A stretch of DNA of 64,000 nucleotides from Candidatus Anstonellales archaeon (lineage in GTDB: Archaea > Micrarchaeota > Micrarchaeia > Anstonellales > J096). The stretch spans positions 64,001 through 128,000 of the forward strand of contig JAWACY010000002.1 of the NCBI GenBank assembly GCA_038896535.1, given 5' to 3'. The notes under the pieces are model-generated. The model did no database searches, had not been told where the DNA came from, and worked only from the letters and a program-made list of their open reading frames with translations. Of the stretch, positions 29,219 through 39,635 are shown piece after piece (within the stretch, counting starts at the first letter, position 1; each line of letters opens with the position of its first letter). Made by a program: the position numbers and the translations under genes.

Positions 29219-29827
29219 TTAAATGATTTTAATGCTTTTCAATGCTTTATGTTTTTGCAGCTCTATTAATAAGCGCTTTGCTGCTTTCCAATCTTCCACC
29301 CTTTTTATGTTATCATGCTCTAAGCCCTTATTATAAGGCTTGTCCATTAATAGAACAAATATTCCATTTTGTGCTGCTTTAAAAGCAAAGTCCTTATTAT
29401 CTTCTACAAGTATTTTTATGCCGATTTCTCTGCAAATAATTTCTTTTGAATTCCTTGTTTTATCGAGGAAAAAAACGTCTTTTATTTCTGGAAAGTGCGT
29501 TCTTATCCAGAAAATAGTATCAGAATAAAGGCTATTATGCCTGGATGTAAGAGCATATATTTCATAAATCTTGGATAATTCTTTAATTGCTTCTTTTGCA
29601 TATGGTAAACATGTTAGCTGCTTTAATTTGCCTGAAGCATAAAAATTATCAAGCAATCTTCTCTCTTCTTCCTTAGTTATGCCAAAGCATTTACTAAATT
29701 CCCAATGGCATATATGATATTCCTTATAACCAGTGCCTTTCAAGGCATTGAAAAAATCAAGAAATGCTTGCAAAAAATTTGCCAAAACTCCGTCAATATC
29801 AACAGCCAGCTTTTCCATATTTTTCAT
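29219..29827 (-). CDS. HAD-family 5'(3')-nucleotidase (NT5C-like)
   Basis: AVDIDGVL, LTSR, VEDN, DKPYN, RVEDW. Confidence 0.88.
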   Translation of the reverse strand: MKNMEKLAVDIDGVLANFLQAFLDFFNALKGTGYKEYHICHWEFSKCFGITKEEERRLLDNFYASGKLKQLTCLPYAKEAIKELSKIYEIYALTSRHNSLYSDTIFWIRTHFPEIKDVFFLDKTRNSKEIICREIGIKILVEDNKDFAFKAAQNGIFVLLMDKPYNKGLEHDNIKRVEDWKAAKRLLIELQKHKALKSIKII

Positions 29828-29947
29828 AGCCCCCCTTAAATGCCTGATTAATAGCATAATTAATTAAAATGAAATTGAATGAAACAAATTGAATGAAATT
29901 GAATAAAAATAATAAAAAATAATTAAAAAATGAAAATCTGGTTAAGA

Positions 29948-30313
29948 TTATTCAACTTTTATTTTTGGCGGCACGATTGGTGGCCTATAGTTTAAAACCC
30001 TTGCTATAAGTGTGCCATGAGATGAGCCAAGATAGTTTATAATATTTATCAATCTTTCTGTCTGCTCTTTATCAAGCTTTTTATTCTTCTTCCATTGCTC
30101 AACAACATCTTTTGGTTCATCTCTGCCAAAAAGAACGCCTTTTAATGTTATGCTGCCAACGCCCTTATATTCAACTGTATATACATAATGGTATTCTATC
30201 ATGCCTTCATTCTCTTTTACATCACTTATACTTATATTTATGCCCATGCCTTCATGCTCTTTTCTGTCATTTATTTTGGCATTTATTTCATCAACTCTGT
30301 CTCCTAATATCAT
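29948..30313 (-). CDS. Conserved archaeal hypothetical protein (possible SecB/Arcadin-1-like fold)
   Basis: Four beta strands, then WKKNKKL helix pair and C-terminal PPIVPP. GAGGT RBS. Confidence 0.65.
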   Translation of the reverse strand: MILGDRVDEINAKINDRKEHEGMGINISISDVKENEGMIEYHYVYTVEYKGVGSITLKGVLFGRDEPKDVVEQWKKNKKLDKEQTERLINIINYLGSSHGTLIARVLNYRPPIVPPKIKVE

Positions 30314-30487
30314 ATTCCTACCTCTTAATGTATTATGCTCGTATTTATGAAAACATCAGAGCAAACATTTTAAAAATGTATTACTACCATAAATATATTA
30401 TTAATAACATTTTGATTTCATAATTATGATAAGCAAAGCAAGAAAGAAAAGGCAAGAAAAAAGAGTGAGATAAAGAAGAGTGAAATT

Positions 30488-31549
30488 ATGGTCCTAAGAA
30501 ATAATATTGCAAGCAAGAATACAAACAAGAATGCAAGCAAGAATAATATTAAAAGCAGGAATATTAATAAAAGCATAAGCATTCAGGGGCCTTTTGTTTA
30601 TATAAAGCAAAAAAGGCCATCAATAGTGGATATAGGACATAAATATCTGGAAGCACTTGAAAAAGAAGATATGCTTGGTAATTTGAGCAGGCCTTATGAG
30701 ATAAAGGTGCATATAATAACTTCTGTTAGGCTAATGAGGCATATAAAAGAATCTTGCATAAAAATGAGTAATGAGATAAATGAATTAATAGCATTACTTG
30801 AACAAATAAATAGCATATTAGTGAAAAAAGGAGCAACAAGCGCAAGTGTTATGCATAACCTCTATTTTATTGAGAAAAAAATAAAGTCAAAATATTCATA
30901 TGAATGGCAACAAGCAAAATCAAGATTAGAAGAAACATTAGAAAAACTTGAAACAAATATTGATAAAAGCAATGAAAGAAATAGGCCGAACGCAGCTGCC
31001 TTAGTTGTATCAATAATAAACAGGCTTAAAAAAAGGCACAGAAATCTGCAATCAATAATGTCTTATGCATGCAATAATGAGCAATTGCTTGAAAAGGAAA
31101 TGAGAAATTGGCTTGCATTGTGGCTTCAAAAAGCCATCGAAAAAACAGCAGAATTAAAAAAAGAGATTGAATCATTTAAGCAAGCATCATCTTTATTATG
31201 CCAAGAATATTGGGAGATTGATGCGATGATTGAAAATTCAAGAAGGGAGAGGAGAGAATTGTTAAAGCTGTTGGAGAAGAGGCGCAGTGCTGAAAAATTA
31301 AAAGACATCGGTAAAAAAATCGATAGCATGCTAATGCAAATAAAAAAGCAATTCTCTTATTTATATGATGAAGTAAGGTTTGAATTATTAGCAGGAAAAC
31401 CCTGGTTTATATCTTCTGAGCTTATTAAGAATGGAGAAACAAATATTGGTAATTTAATAGAAGAAGCAAATAGGCATATTTTAAAAGGAAATTTAGAAGA
31501 AGCAAGAAAAACATTTAAACAAGCGCTTGCATTAATTAAGCAAAATTAA
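30488..31549 (+). CDS. Hypothetical coiled-coil protein
   Basis: 353-aa helical, heptad-rich ORF with low-complexity N-terminus. Confidence 0.7.
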   Translation: MVLRNNIASKNTNKNASKNNIKSRNINKSISIQGPFVYIKQKRPSIVDIGHKYLEALEKEDMLGNLSRPYEIKVHIITSVRLMRHIKESCIKMSNEINELIALLEQINSILVKKGATSASVMHNLYFIEKKIKSKYSYEWQQAKSRLEETLEKLETNIDKSNERNRPNAAALVVSIINRLKKRHRNLQSIMSYACNNEQLLEKEMRNWLALWLQKAIEKTAELKKEIESFKQASSLLCQEYWEIDAMIENSRRERRELLKLLEKRRSAEKLKDIGKKIDSMLMQIKKQFSYLYDEVRFELLAGKPWFISSELIKNGETNIGNLIEEANRHILKGNLEEARKTFKQALALIKQN

Positions 31550-32533
31550 TTAAGCAAAACCTTTACTTGCGCTTGCACTTATGTGCCTTTTTTGTATTAC
31601 TTTAAACGTCTCAAACGCATATCGCATTATTTCATCATCATTATAATTTAGCTTCAACCAGTTTAATAAACCATTTATCTGTTCAAGTGTTTCCATTCTA
31701 TCCAGTATCATCTCAATTACAGCATTATTCTTGTATTCTGGAAACTTAGAGAAAAATTCATCCAGCACTTTATGGCCTTGCTTTTTAAATGCTTTAGCAA
31801 GTGCTTTTCCAATAATGAATAGAGAGTGTAAATAAAGTTCCTTCTTCTCCTCAAATGCATTGAACAGCCAAATCTTAAATTTATCAGCTAAGTAATGGCA
31901 CATTCCAGCATCAAAATCTTTATCATCTTTAAAATCAATCACAAATGATATTACAAGCATCGTGCAAAGCTTTTTATCTAAAGGCATTTGAGTTTCCATA
32001 TCCCTTTCAATTGCTTTTATGTAAAATTCAGGCCTTTCTTCAGCAAGCAATTTGGCAAATGAAAAAACAGCTTCAAATGCTGTATCAAAGTCATCTGATT
32101 TTATAGAATTATATAGCAAAGGCAATATTTCATTTAACCTCCTTATTTTTTTCCCGCTTGTTAAAATATTTTGCAATGCAATAATGCAGGCCATTCTATT
32201 AATATCAAATTCCTTTATTATAATTTCCTCTAATTTATTCTGGTTATTCTGTAATAAATAAGGAGTAATGATAATTAATGCTTCTCCTCTTTTGTTTTCC
32301 TCAATACTAAAAAAGTGCTCAGCGACTTCAAGTGCTTCTTCTATTATTTTATTTCCTTTAACAATTCTTAAAATGTTCGGATTTGTTAAAGAATAAGCCC
32401 AAAAATCCCTTATTAATTCAAGTAATGTTCTCTCTTTAATGTCCTTTCTTTGTAATGACCCATAAGTAGCTCTATTTATTAACCTACTCCTCATACCATA
32501 ATTACCTAATTTATCTAATACAATTTCCCTCAT
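31550..32533 (-). CDS. Hypothetical alpha-helical (HEAT-like) protein
   Basis: Long ORF. AGGGGG RBS before ATG 32533. Confidence 0.7.
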   Translation of the reverse strand: MREIVLDKLGNYGMRSRLINRATYGSLQRKDIKERTLLELIRDFWAYSLTNPNILRIVKGNKIIEEALEVAEHFFSIEENKRGEALIIITPYLLQNNQNKLEEIIIKEFDINRMACIIALQNILTSGKKIRRLNEILPLLYNSIKSDDFDTAFEAVFSFAKLLAEERPEFYIKAIERDMETQMPLDKKLCTMLVISFVIDFKDDKDFDAGMCHYLADKFKIWLFNAFEEKKELYLHSLFIIGKALAKAFKKQGHKVLDEFFSKFPEYKNNAVIEMILDRMETLEQINGLLNWLKLNYNDDEIMRYAFETFKVIQKRHISASASKGFA

Positions 32534-32803
32534 AAAAGCCCCCCTATTGTTTTTCTTATTTTTCTTATTTTTTCTTATGTTTTCCTTATTTTTGTTATGC
32601 TTTTTATAAAAATATTTATTATAGGAAAGGTTTAAAAACACATATATTGAAAAATTAGGACTATAAAATCATATTAATCATAATTAGAAAAATAATTAGA
32701 AAAAATAGAGGAGCAAGAGAAACAAAAAGCAATGAAATAGGGCAACATAAAAATAAGGCAATAAAAGCATTAATATTTTAAATAGTTGCTCTAATTTAAA
32801 AAT

Positions 32804-33613
32804 ATGGTAAATTTTAATTTCACTGGCATTCCATTCAAACCATCTTATAAATCAATATTTTCCCATATATTTGTCCCATTGTTATTTGCAGTCTTATTTT
32901 ACAGTTTCATTTTAATGCTCGAATCATTAATAGGGCTGTTTGCCAGCATAAATTTATCTTCAATTTTTGCTATTCCGCTTGTATTAATAATACTAATTTT
33001 TGCCTCATATTATGAAATAAAAAGGCACTACACAGTATATAAGATTGATAATAATGGCATAGAGATAATAACAGGCATAATAAATAAAAGAGAGGCAAAA
33101 GTACCATATAGAAATATACAAAACATCTTTGTAGAGAAGCATCTTGTTGATAGATTATTAAACATAGGAACTGTATATATAGAGACTGCAAGTGCAACAA
33201 AAGAAGAAAAAGACAGAATAGAGCTTTATGGGATTGAAGAACCAAATTTATTCTCTGATAAGATTAGCGAGAAGATAACGGCATTAAGCAAAGAAAAAAT
33301 AGAAAATAAGGAATATGAAAGGATAAAGGCTGAGATTGAGAACATTAAAAAAGACTTGGCTGCTGTTAAAGAGGCAATAGAAGGTTTTGGGCAGCATGTT
33401 GAAATGCATGAAAATGAAGTAAATTATATAAAATCAGAAATTGAAAAGCTTGATTCTCAAATTAAAATTATTGTAACAAGGCTGGATATAATAACTAATG
33501 AATACTACAGCCAAAAAAATGAAAAAACAGATTCAAAAATAGCTGGAGAAACAAAGATAAGGAAAATTAGAAAGAAGAGAAAACAAAACGAAGATGAAAC
33601 AGATGAAAAATAA
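32804..33613 (+). CDS. Membrane-anchored bacterial-PH-domain (YdbS/YdbT-like) protein with coiled coil
   Basis: Two TM helices, YKIDNNGIEIITGII...VPYRNIQNI...DRLLNIGTVYIETA, then a coiled-coil tail. Confidence 0.85.
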   Translation: MVNFNFTGIPFKPSYKSIFSHIFVPLLFAVLFYSFILMLESLIGLFASINLSSIFAIPLVLIILIFASYYEIKRHYTVYKIDNNGIEIITGIINKREAKVPYRNIQNIFVEKHLVDRLLNIGTVYIETASATKEEKDRIELYGIEEPNLFSDKISEKITALSKEKIENKEYERIKAEIENIKKDLAAVKEAIEGFGQHVEMHENEVNYIKSEIEKLDSQIKIIVTRLDIITNEYYSQKNEKTDSKIAGETKIRKIRKKRKQNEDETDEK

Positions 33614-33651
33614 ATAAAAGTAAATTAATAATCTATTTATATTTCGCTTAT

Positions 33652-33735
33652 GCTGGGGTCGCCTAGCCCGGTATGGCGGCAGCCTGCTAAGCTGCTTCCC
33701 GAAAGGGTTCGCGGGTTCAAATCCCGCCCCCGGCG
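33652..33735 (+). tRNA. tRNA-Ser(GCT)
   Basis: Acceptor GCTGGGG/CCCCGGC, anticodon arm GCAGC-CTGCTAA-GCTGC, long variable arm CCC-GAAA-GGG, T-loop TTCAAAT, discriminator G. CCA not encoded. Confidence 0.96.
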
Positions 33736-33918
33736 TTCTAAAAAAAGAGATAGAAAGAAGCAATAATAAAATTAAATGAAAAAATGAAAATATAATGATA
33801 TATGGAAGTAAAATAATAAAATAAAAAGATTAAATAAAAAAAATAAAAAATAATTTATTCTGAAGTGTTCTAAAACATTTTGCACATTTTGCAATTTCAA
33901 TTATTTCAATTCACTTTT

Positions 33919-34074
33919 TCATGCATTGCCCAATACTTTCCATACGGCTGTGTTGCAATTAGGACATTTTCCATTCAAGAACTTCTTTTTCCCTCTTTTA
34001 GTATCTTTAACTACTTCCTTTGCATCTCTCATTTCTACATTAGCCTTACACTTTACGCAATATCCTTTTGCCAT
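33919..34074 (-). CDS. 51-aa basic Zn-ribbon protein (DUF5679-like, CC1-like)
   Basis: Hand translation: MAKGYCVKCKANVEMRDAKEVVKDTKRGKKKFLNGKCPNCNTAVWKVLGNA. GGTGG RBS and TTTATAAA box upstream. Below the ORF-track size cutoff. Confidence 0.85.
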   Translation of the reverse strand: MAKGYCVKCKANVEMRDAKEVVKDTKRGKKKFLNGKCPNCNTAVWKVLGNA

Positions 34075-34115
34075 TTTAACCACCCTTGTTTATATGGAAT
34101 TATATATTTATAAAC

Positions 34116-35048
34116 TTAACCAATGTCAGTATTTAATAAACCAGCATGCTTCAAAAATCTGTGTGCATTCATAAAAAATATATTGTACAACTCTGCTTTT
34201 GAAAAGTTTTTACGCATTTTAAGTTCAAGCTTTTTTAATTCATTTGCTTCTTTTATTGGCATTATTAAATCTTTCAATTTTATCCCATACATGTCAGAGC
34301 CAAGGGCAACAGCATTTTTACCAACATTATCAATCATTGCATCAATGCACTTTATAAAAGTATTCAAATCTTTAACCATATTCTTTGATATTGCAATTCC
34401 AACAATGCCTTTATTATCAGCAACTTTATTAGCGCATTCCATATCTATGTTTCTCTGCTTATCAAAAAATTCCTTTATCCCAGTATGTGATACAAAAACC
34501 CTTCCTTTATCTGCAATTTTTTCATTTAATATATCCATAATACTTTTCCTGCTTAAATGGGCCAAGTCAATTAAGCAATGTTTATCCATGATAATGCTTA
34601 CTGCCTTTGACCCAATTTCTGACAATCCATTATCTTTCTTATCACTGCATCCAGAAGAAAATGCATTGCCATAATTCCATGTAAATCCGTATGATGAAAT
34701 GCCCAAATCAGATAAAGCCTCTATTTCATCAAGCTCCAAGCCATAACAGCCTTCTAATGAGATAAGCATATTGAATTTTATTTTATTACGCATTTTCTTA
34801 TAAAACATAAGCTGCTTTATTATCTCTCTAAAAGCATTTAGCTCATAAACGCCTGCTTCAGTATAATTTAAAGGGAATATTGCTGCAATTATAACTGAAA
34901 ATTGGTTGTTCATATTCTTTATTATATTATCAGAAAAATCGTCATAACAAAGCATCCAAGGCTGTCTTGCCCTTATTATAAGGTCTTGATGCAGATCTAT
35001 GTATTTCATAATTTTCTTTTGTATTATCATTTTAAATTTATTATACAT
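34116..35048 (-). CDS. Membrane/renal dipeptidase (peptidase M19) family
   Basis: IDLHQD, SLEG, TWNYGN, GLSEIG, IDLAHLS, VSHTG, RNID, LGSDM. Confidence 0.88.
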   Translation of the reverse strand: MYNKFKMIIQKKIMKYIDLHQDLIIRARQPWMLCYDDFSDNIIKNMNNQFSVIIAAIFPLNYTEAGVYELNAFREIIKQLMFYKKMRNKIKFNMLISLEGCYGLELDEIEALSDLGISSYGFTWNYGNAFSSGCSDKKDNGLSEIGSKAVSIIMDKHCLIDLAHLSRKSIMDILNEKIADKGRVFVSHTGIKEFFDKQRNIDMECANKVADNKGIVGIAISKNMVKDLNTFIKCIDAMIDNVGKNAVALGSDMYGIKLKDLIMPIKEANELKKLELKMRKNFSKAELYNIFFMNAHRFLKHAGLLNTDIG

Positions 35049-35097
35049 TTACTCATCATTTCACTCAATACTTTTTTCATTATTTATTTTCATTGAT

Positions 35098-35988
35098 TTA
35101 CTTTGATCGCAATTTGCTTGTTAAATCAAAATTTAGCGTTATGCCCATTTCAAATAATGTTTTCCAGTCTTTATAAATAATAGGAAATCCATGCCATAAA
35201 GATAGGTCAATAACGTTCTTACTATCTATTGTCATATAAGCAGTGTATAGAGTTGATCCATATGTATTTAGAACAAGCTGTTCATATGCTGCTATGCCAA
35301 GAGCATCGCAAATTTTCTTATATACTGGATAAGCATAAAATGCCCAATCTTTGCCCCCCATATGTGGCATTGTTGGAGCAACACTATAAGCAAGAACAAA
35401 CCCAGGCACTGTTAAATGAAACACTCTTTTCTTTAATAGCTCAAATACTGCATATGGATGAATATTACTTATATCTTCATAAGTCAGCTTTTCCAGCTTT
35501 TTTTCTTCATTAAATTTCCTCAACGCTATTTTCTCTCCCATGGCTTTTAATACATCAACAAAATATATGCCGTGGCCTTCATAAAGTGCTTGCAAAGTAT
35601 CAACTATAACATCATAAACACTATTGAATGTGATAAACCTGCTTTTAATGTCCAGCAATGAAAATATTGTATTAAATGTCCTTACTACCGCTTCATTAGC
35701 TGGTAGCCCAACATTTTCTGCGAATATATCACGCAATATTAGAAGCCTTTCTATATAAGCATTTCTCTCCTGTTTGCTAAGTAAATTAAAAGCTTGCGTG
35801 CCTTTTATTCTATTAACTGCACTGTTTATGAATGAATTGCTTATAAATTCAATGAATAATGGAGAAAATGTTTGAAATACATATGGAACATTTTCCTCGT
35901 CTTTTTCGAATATTCTTGGAGATATTATATTGCTAGAAAATCTTAACACATGCGCTGAATCCGCCCTTGGCATTGCGAAATCTAGCAC
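35098..35988 (-). CDS. Hypothetical protein
   Basis: 296-aa ORF overlapping the upstream ORF end. No family recognised. Confidence 0.7.
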   Translation of the reverse strand: MLDFAMPRADSAHVLRFSSNIISPRIFEKDEENVPYVFQTFSPLFIEFISNSFINSAVNRIKGTQAFNLLSKQERNAYIERLLILRDIFAENVGLPANEAVVRTFNTIFSLLDIKSRFITFNSVYDVIVDTLQALYEGHGIYFVDVLKAMGEKIALRKFNEEKKLEKLTYEDISNIHPYAVFELLKKRVFHLTVPGFVLAYSVAPTMPHMGGKDWAFYAYPVYKKICDALGIAAYEQLVLNTYGSTLYTAYMTIDSKNVIDLSLWHGFPIIYKDWKTLFEMGITLNFDLTSKLRSK

Positions 35989-36398
35989 ATGCAGACTGAA
36001 TAAAGGCCTCTTTCTCTAAGTGCATCAACTAAAAGCATTGAGAATATTTTATCTGCTGAAATATTTGGGGATGTATGCGAAAAGCTTGTAGTAAAATCTG
36101 GTTTTATTCCAGCAATTTTCTCAAACCCGGCTGTAAATGCTTCTCTTGCCTTAGGGAATAATGGCTTTATCTCTTTTGATTCTCTTATCTTTCTTTCGTT
36201 CTCTTCTATTAATGCATTTACTGATGGTCTGACAATGCCATATTTAAAATTCTGATTCAATAAAACAGAGCCAGCTAAATTATTAACTTCTAACCTCCCC
36301 GCCATATTAAAAGCTGCAGAAATTTCATTAAAACATTCATATTTTTTATTAACTTTAACATAACTAACACCAAAATGTTTTTGTTGCTCCATATACAA
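35982..36398 (-). CDS. Hypothetical protein
   Basis: 138-aa ORF with TATA-like TTTAAAAA upstream. Confidence 0.6.
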   Translation of the reverse strand: MYMEQQKHFGVSYVKVNKKYECFNEISAAFNMAGRLEVNNLAGSVLLNQNFKYGIVRPSVNALIEENERKIRESKEIKPLFPKAREAFTAGFEKIAGIKPDFTTSFSHTSPNISADKIFSMLLVDALRERGLYSVCMC

Positions 36399-36444
36399 TG
36401 TTGTGTTTAGAAAGATTTTTAAATAATGGCCTATAATTTAATTA

Positions 36445-37119
36445 ATGCTCAATATTGCAAAAAAGGAGATAGAAAAAAATTTTCCATATTTCATACTCGG
36501 ATTCCAAGATGGGCTTGTTAATGTATTTGGTGTCATAATGGCAGTTGCTGTTGGCACTGGAAATGTTGCTGTAACAATTTTAGCTGGTCTCGCAGCAACA
36601 TTTGCTGAAAGCGTATCTATGGGCGCTGTTGCATATACAAGCACAAAAGCAGAGAGAGCATTAAATGAAAAGAAATTTGCTGAGCTTAATAAAAAAAGCA
36701 GAAATAGCTTGAAAATGCACATAAAGCATGTATTAAAAAGTCTCGATATGAAAGAAAGGGAAGCTAATGAAATAGCAAGCATAATGTCAAAAAATAAAAA
36801 GGCAAGCTTAAACTTCCTTATTAGCAATGAAATGAAGTTAAGCCCTGAGATGAAAAATCCTTTAAAATATGGCATAATTGTTTTACTCTCATCTTTTATT
36901 GGCTCTTTTGTGCCTTTAATAAGTTTCTTGTTTTTTCCTATAAAAATGGCTATAATTTATACTATATTATTTTGCGCCATATGCCTTTTCTTTGTCGGCG
37001 TTTATAAATCAAGGCTTTATAAGACAAACCCATTAAAAGAAGGCCTTGAATTATTAATTATAGGCATGACTTCTGCATTCATAGGATTTATAACTGGATA
37101 CATGTTTGGAGCAAAATGA
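36445..37119 (+). CDS. VIT1/CCC1 family Fe/Mn transporter
   Basis: ILGFQDGLV, AESVSMGAVAY, SFIGSFVPL. Confidence 0.92.
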   Translation: MLNIAKKEIEKNFPYFILGFQDGLVNVFGVIMAVAVGTGNVAVTILAGLAATFAESVSMGAVAYTSTKAERALNEKKFAELNKKSRNSLKMHIKHVLKSLDMKEREANEIASIMSKNKKASLNFLISNEMKLSPEMKNPLKYGIIVLLSSFIGSFVPLISFLFFPIKMAIIYTILFCAICLFFVGVYKSRLYKTNPLKEGLELLIIGMTSAFIGFITGYMFGAK

Positions 37120-37199
37120 TAAGGCTAAAAATAATAAAGAAATCAAAGTAAATAAACTAAAGAATAATGATTTAAAATATTGCCTTTATAAATTATAGA

Positions 37200-37730
37200 A
37201 TGCCAAGAAAAAAAACAAATGATAAAGAAAACAATGATAAGGAGATGAAAAAAGCAAAAGGTATTGATAAAAAAGAAGAAAGGCGGGATAAAGCACATAA
37301 AAACAAAGAGCAAGACTTTGAATACACAAGTTATGACAAGCTTATAGAGAGGGCTTACGAGCTATTGCCATCGAGTAAACAAAAGGCTGGGGAGAGGTTC
37401 CAAATGCCAGAAATGGACATAATAATTGAAGGAAATAAAACAATAATAAAAAATTTTCAGCAGATAGCAGAAAAAATAAGAAGGCAAAAGGGTGACATTG
37501 CTGCTTATTTAAAAAAAGAACTTGGGGCTCCAGTAAGGGTAGAGGAAGCAAGCTTGGTAATACAAAAGAAAATAAAGCCGGAATTTTTAAAAAGAAAAAT
37601 AGAGCTTTACATAGAGGATTTTGTCATTTGCCAAGAATGTAAAAGGCCAGATACGCATATTGCCTCAATACAGGGCATAAGATTTATAATATGTGAAGCT
37701 TGCGGAGCAAGAAGGGCGTTGAGAAAATGA
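37200..37730 (+). CDS. Translation initiation factor aIF-2 subunit beta
   Basis: ERFQMP, GNKTIIKNF, KELGA, CQECKRPDT...CEACGA. Confidence 0.95.
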   Translation: MPRKKTNDKENNDKEMKKAKGIDKKEERRDKAHKNKEQDFEYTSYDKLIERAYELLPSSKQKAGERFQMPEMDIIIEGNKTIIKNFQQIAEKIRRQKGDIAAYLKKELGAPVRVEEASLVIQKKIKPEFLKRKIELYIEDFVICQECKRPDTHIASIQGIRFIICEACGARRALRK

Positions 37731-38032
37731 AGAAGGATGAAATTAAAAATGAGGAAATAACTCATGTTTTATTGCCAAAAGGTAATGAAGTATTTGGCTT
37801 AATACTTTCTGAGCTTGGCGGAGCAAGGTTTGTATGCCTATGCTCAGACAAAAAAGAAAGGATATGCAGAGTTCCTGGCAGGCTAAAAAGGGATGTATGG
37901 GTTAAAGAAGGCGATTATGTAATAATAAAACCTTGGGATGTTGAAGGAGATAAAAAAGGTGACATAATATATAGATACAGGCCTTTAGAAGTTGAATGGT
38001 TAAGAAAAAAGGGCCTTTTAAAAGAACTCTAA
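37727..38032 (+). CDS. eif1A: Translation initiation factor aIF-1A
   Basis: ELGGARF, CRVPGRLKRDVWVKEGD, KGDIIYRY. ATGA overlap with aIF-2beta. Confidence 0.95.
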   Translation: MKKDEIKNEEITHVLLPKGNEVFGLILSELGGARFVCLCSDKKERICRVPGRLKRDVWVKEGDYVIIKPWDVEGDKKGDIIYRYRPLEVEWLRKKGLLKEL

Positions 38033-38047
38033 TAATGGCTGTAAAAA

Positions 38048-38740
38048 ATGGCAGAAAGATGGAAGATAGAGGAACTAGTTTTTGATAAGAGGGCATTATT
38101 AACAATAGCAAGGATAATGAAAAAAAATATAATAGCAAACATAGACTTTCCCATCTCGACTGGAAAAGAAGCAATAGTATTTAGAGCAAAAACAAAAACC
38201 GGATTTGCTGCTTTGAAAATATATAAAATAGAAACAACTCATTTCATAAAAAGGACTGATTATTTATATGGTGATCCAAGATTTAAGCATGTTAAAAAAT
38301 CAATTGCTGATATTGTTTATGCATTCACAAAAAAAGAGTACAAAAACTTACTCATAGCAGAAAAAGCAAAAATAAATGCTCCAAAAGCATATTACCAAGA
38401 GAAGAATGTTATAGTCATGCAATTTTTAGGAATAGATGGACTGCCTTTCCCGAAGCTTGCAGAATTAAAAGAAGTTGAAAAAGATTATTTTTACTCAATT
38501 ATTGAAGATATAAGAAAGTTATACAAAGCAGGGCTAGTGCACAGCGATTTAAGTGAATTTAATATTCTTGCTGGTGATAAGCCATATATAATAGATTTTG
38601 CGCAGGGCGTTTTAACATCGCATCCTTATGCTGATGTATTTTTGAAAAAGGATATTGAAAATATCGTTACATTCTTCAATAAAAAAGCCAATATAAAAAT
38701 GGGTATAGAAGAGGCATTAAATTATGTTAAAAACAATTAG
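38048..38740 (+). CDS. rio1: RIO1 family Ser/Thr kinase
   Basis: ISTGKEAIVF, GDPRF, KEYKNL, LVHSDLSEFNIL, IDFAQGV. Conserved position after aIF-1A. Confidence 0.94.
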   Translation: MAERWKIEELVFDKRALLTIARIMKKNIIANIDFPISTGKEAIVFRAKTKTGFAALKIYKIETTHFIKRTDYLYGDPRFKHVKKSIADIVYAFTKKEYKNLLIAEKAKINAPKAYYQEKNVIVMQFLGIDGLPFPKLAELKEVEKDYFYSIIEDIRKLYKAGLVHSDLSEFNILAGDKPYIIDFAQGVLTSHPYADVFLKKDIENIVTFFNKKANIKMGIEEALNYVKNN

Positions 38741-39572
38741 CGAATGGGCAAAGTTATTCAGAATAGAGCATGGCATAATGCTTAGCATATCTGCATATAT
38801 AGGATTAAAATTAGCTAAATATGTGAATGAATTAAACATCATATTTTACATGCTTGTGCCATTGCTAATACAGATGGGGGCTTTTGCATTAAACGACTAT
38901 TTTGATATAGAAGCAGATAAAAAAAATAAGAGATATGAAAGGCCATTAATAAAAGGCACAATAAAACCAATGCATGCTTATATTGCTGGCATCACATGCC
39001 TTTTTATTGGCATCATTACATCAATGCTTATAAATGAAAAAGCATTTTTATTTGTCATATTTCTGGCTGTGCTTTCATATCTTTATAATACAAAATTGAA
39101 AGACATTGCAATAGTTGGAAATATATACATTGCATTTACAATGGCTGCTCCTTTTTTATATGCCTCAATAGCAACGAACAGGTTTAACAATGCTCTTATG
39201 CTCATATCAATTTCTTCCTTTCTTATCGGGCTTGCAAGAGAAATAATAAAAACAGTGCAGGATTATGAAGGAGATGTAAAGGCAAGAAAAAGTAAAACAT
39301 TGCCCTTCTATATAGGAAAAAAGAACAGCATGAATTTAGCATCATTCATTTTGCTCCTATTCTTTATACCAGCTTTTATTCTCTTATATGAACTGCATAC
39401 AAATTATGATATAAAAATGCCTTTTATTTTTACTTCTCTTTATATAATATCAATAGCTATTGTTGCTTACTGCCTTGCATATGCAATAAAAGATATGCAT
39501 TATGAAATGATAAGAAAAATGACTTTATTTGCCATTGCACTTACTCTACTTTCACTAATATTGGGGTTGTAG
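38724..39572 (+). CDS. UbiA-family prenyltransferase, probably DGGGP synthase
   Basis: NDYFDIEADKKNK-ERPL and AREIIKTVQDYEGD motifs, multiple TM helices. Confidence 0.88.
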   Translation: MLKTISEWAKLFRIEHGIMLSISAYIGLKLAKYVNELNIIFYMLVPLLIQMGAFALNDYFDIEADKKNKRYERPLIKGTIKPMHAYIAGITCLFIGIITSMLINEKAFLFVIFLAVLSYLYNTKLKDIAIVGNIYIAFTMAAPFLYASIATNRFNNALMLISISSFLIGLAREIIKTVQDYEGDVKARKSKTLPFYIGKKNSMNLASFILLLFFIPAFILLYELHTNYDIKMPFIFTSLYIISIAIVAYCLAYAIKDMHYEMIRKMTLFAIALTLLSLILGL

Positions 39573-39635
39573 GATAACCTGGTAGTCTGCTGCCTTCGGG
39601 AGGCAGAGGTCCCGGTTCAAATCCGGGCATCCCCA
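39563..39635 (+). tRNA. tRNA-Pro(CGG)
   Basis: Acceptor GGGGTTG/CATCCCC (one T-T mismatch), anticodon arm CTGCC-TTCGGGA-GGCAG, T arm CCCGG-TTCAAAT-CCGGG, discriminator A. Confidence 0.93.

Noticed and set aside
33533..33763. 76-aa minus-strand ORF (also 39541..39756)
   Set aside because: Antisense read-through of tRNA genes. PGAGFEP and PGFEPG are typical tRNA-antisense translations.
33880..34174. Two plus-strand ORFs in the track
   Set aside because: They are shadows of the better-supported minus-strand Zn-ribbon gene at 33919..34074.
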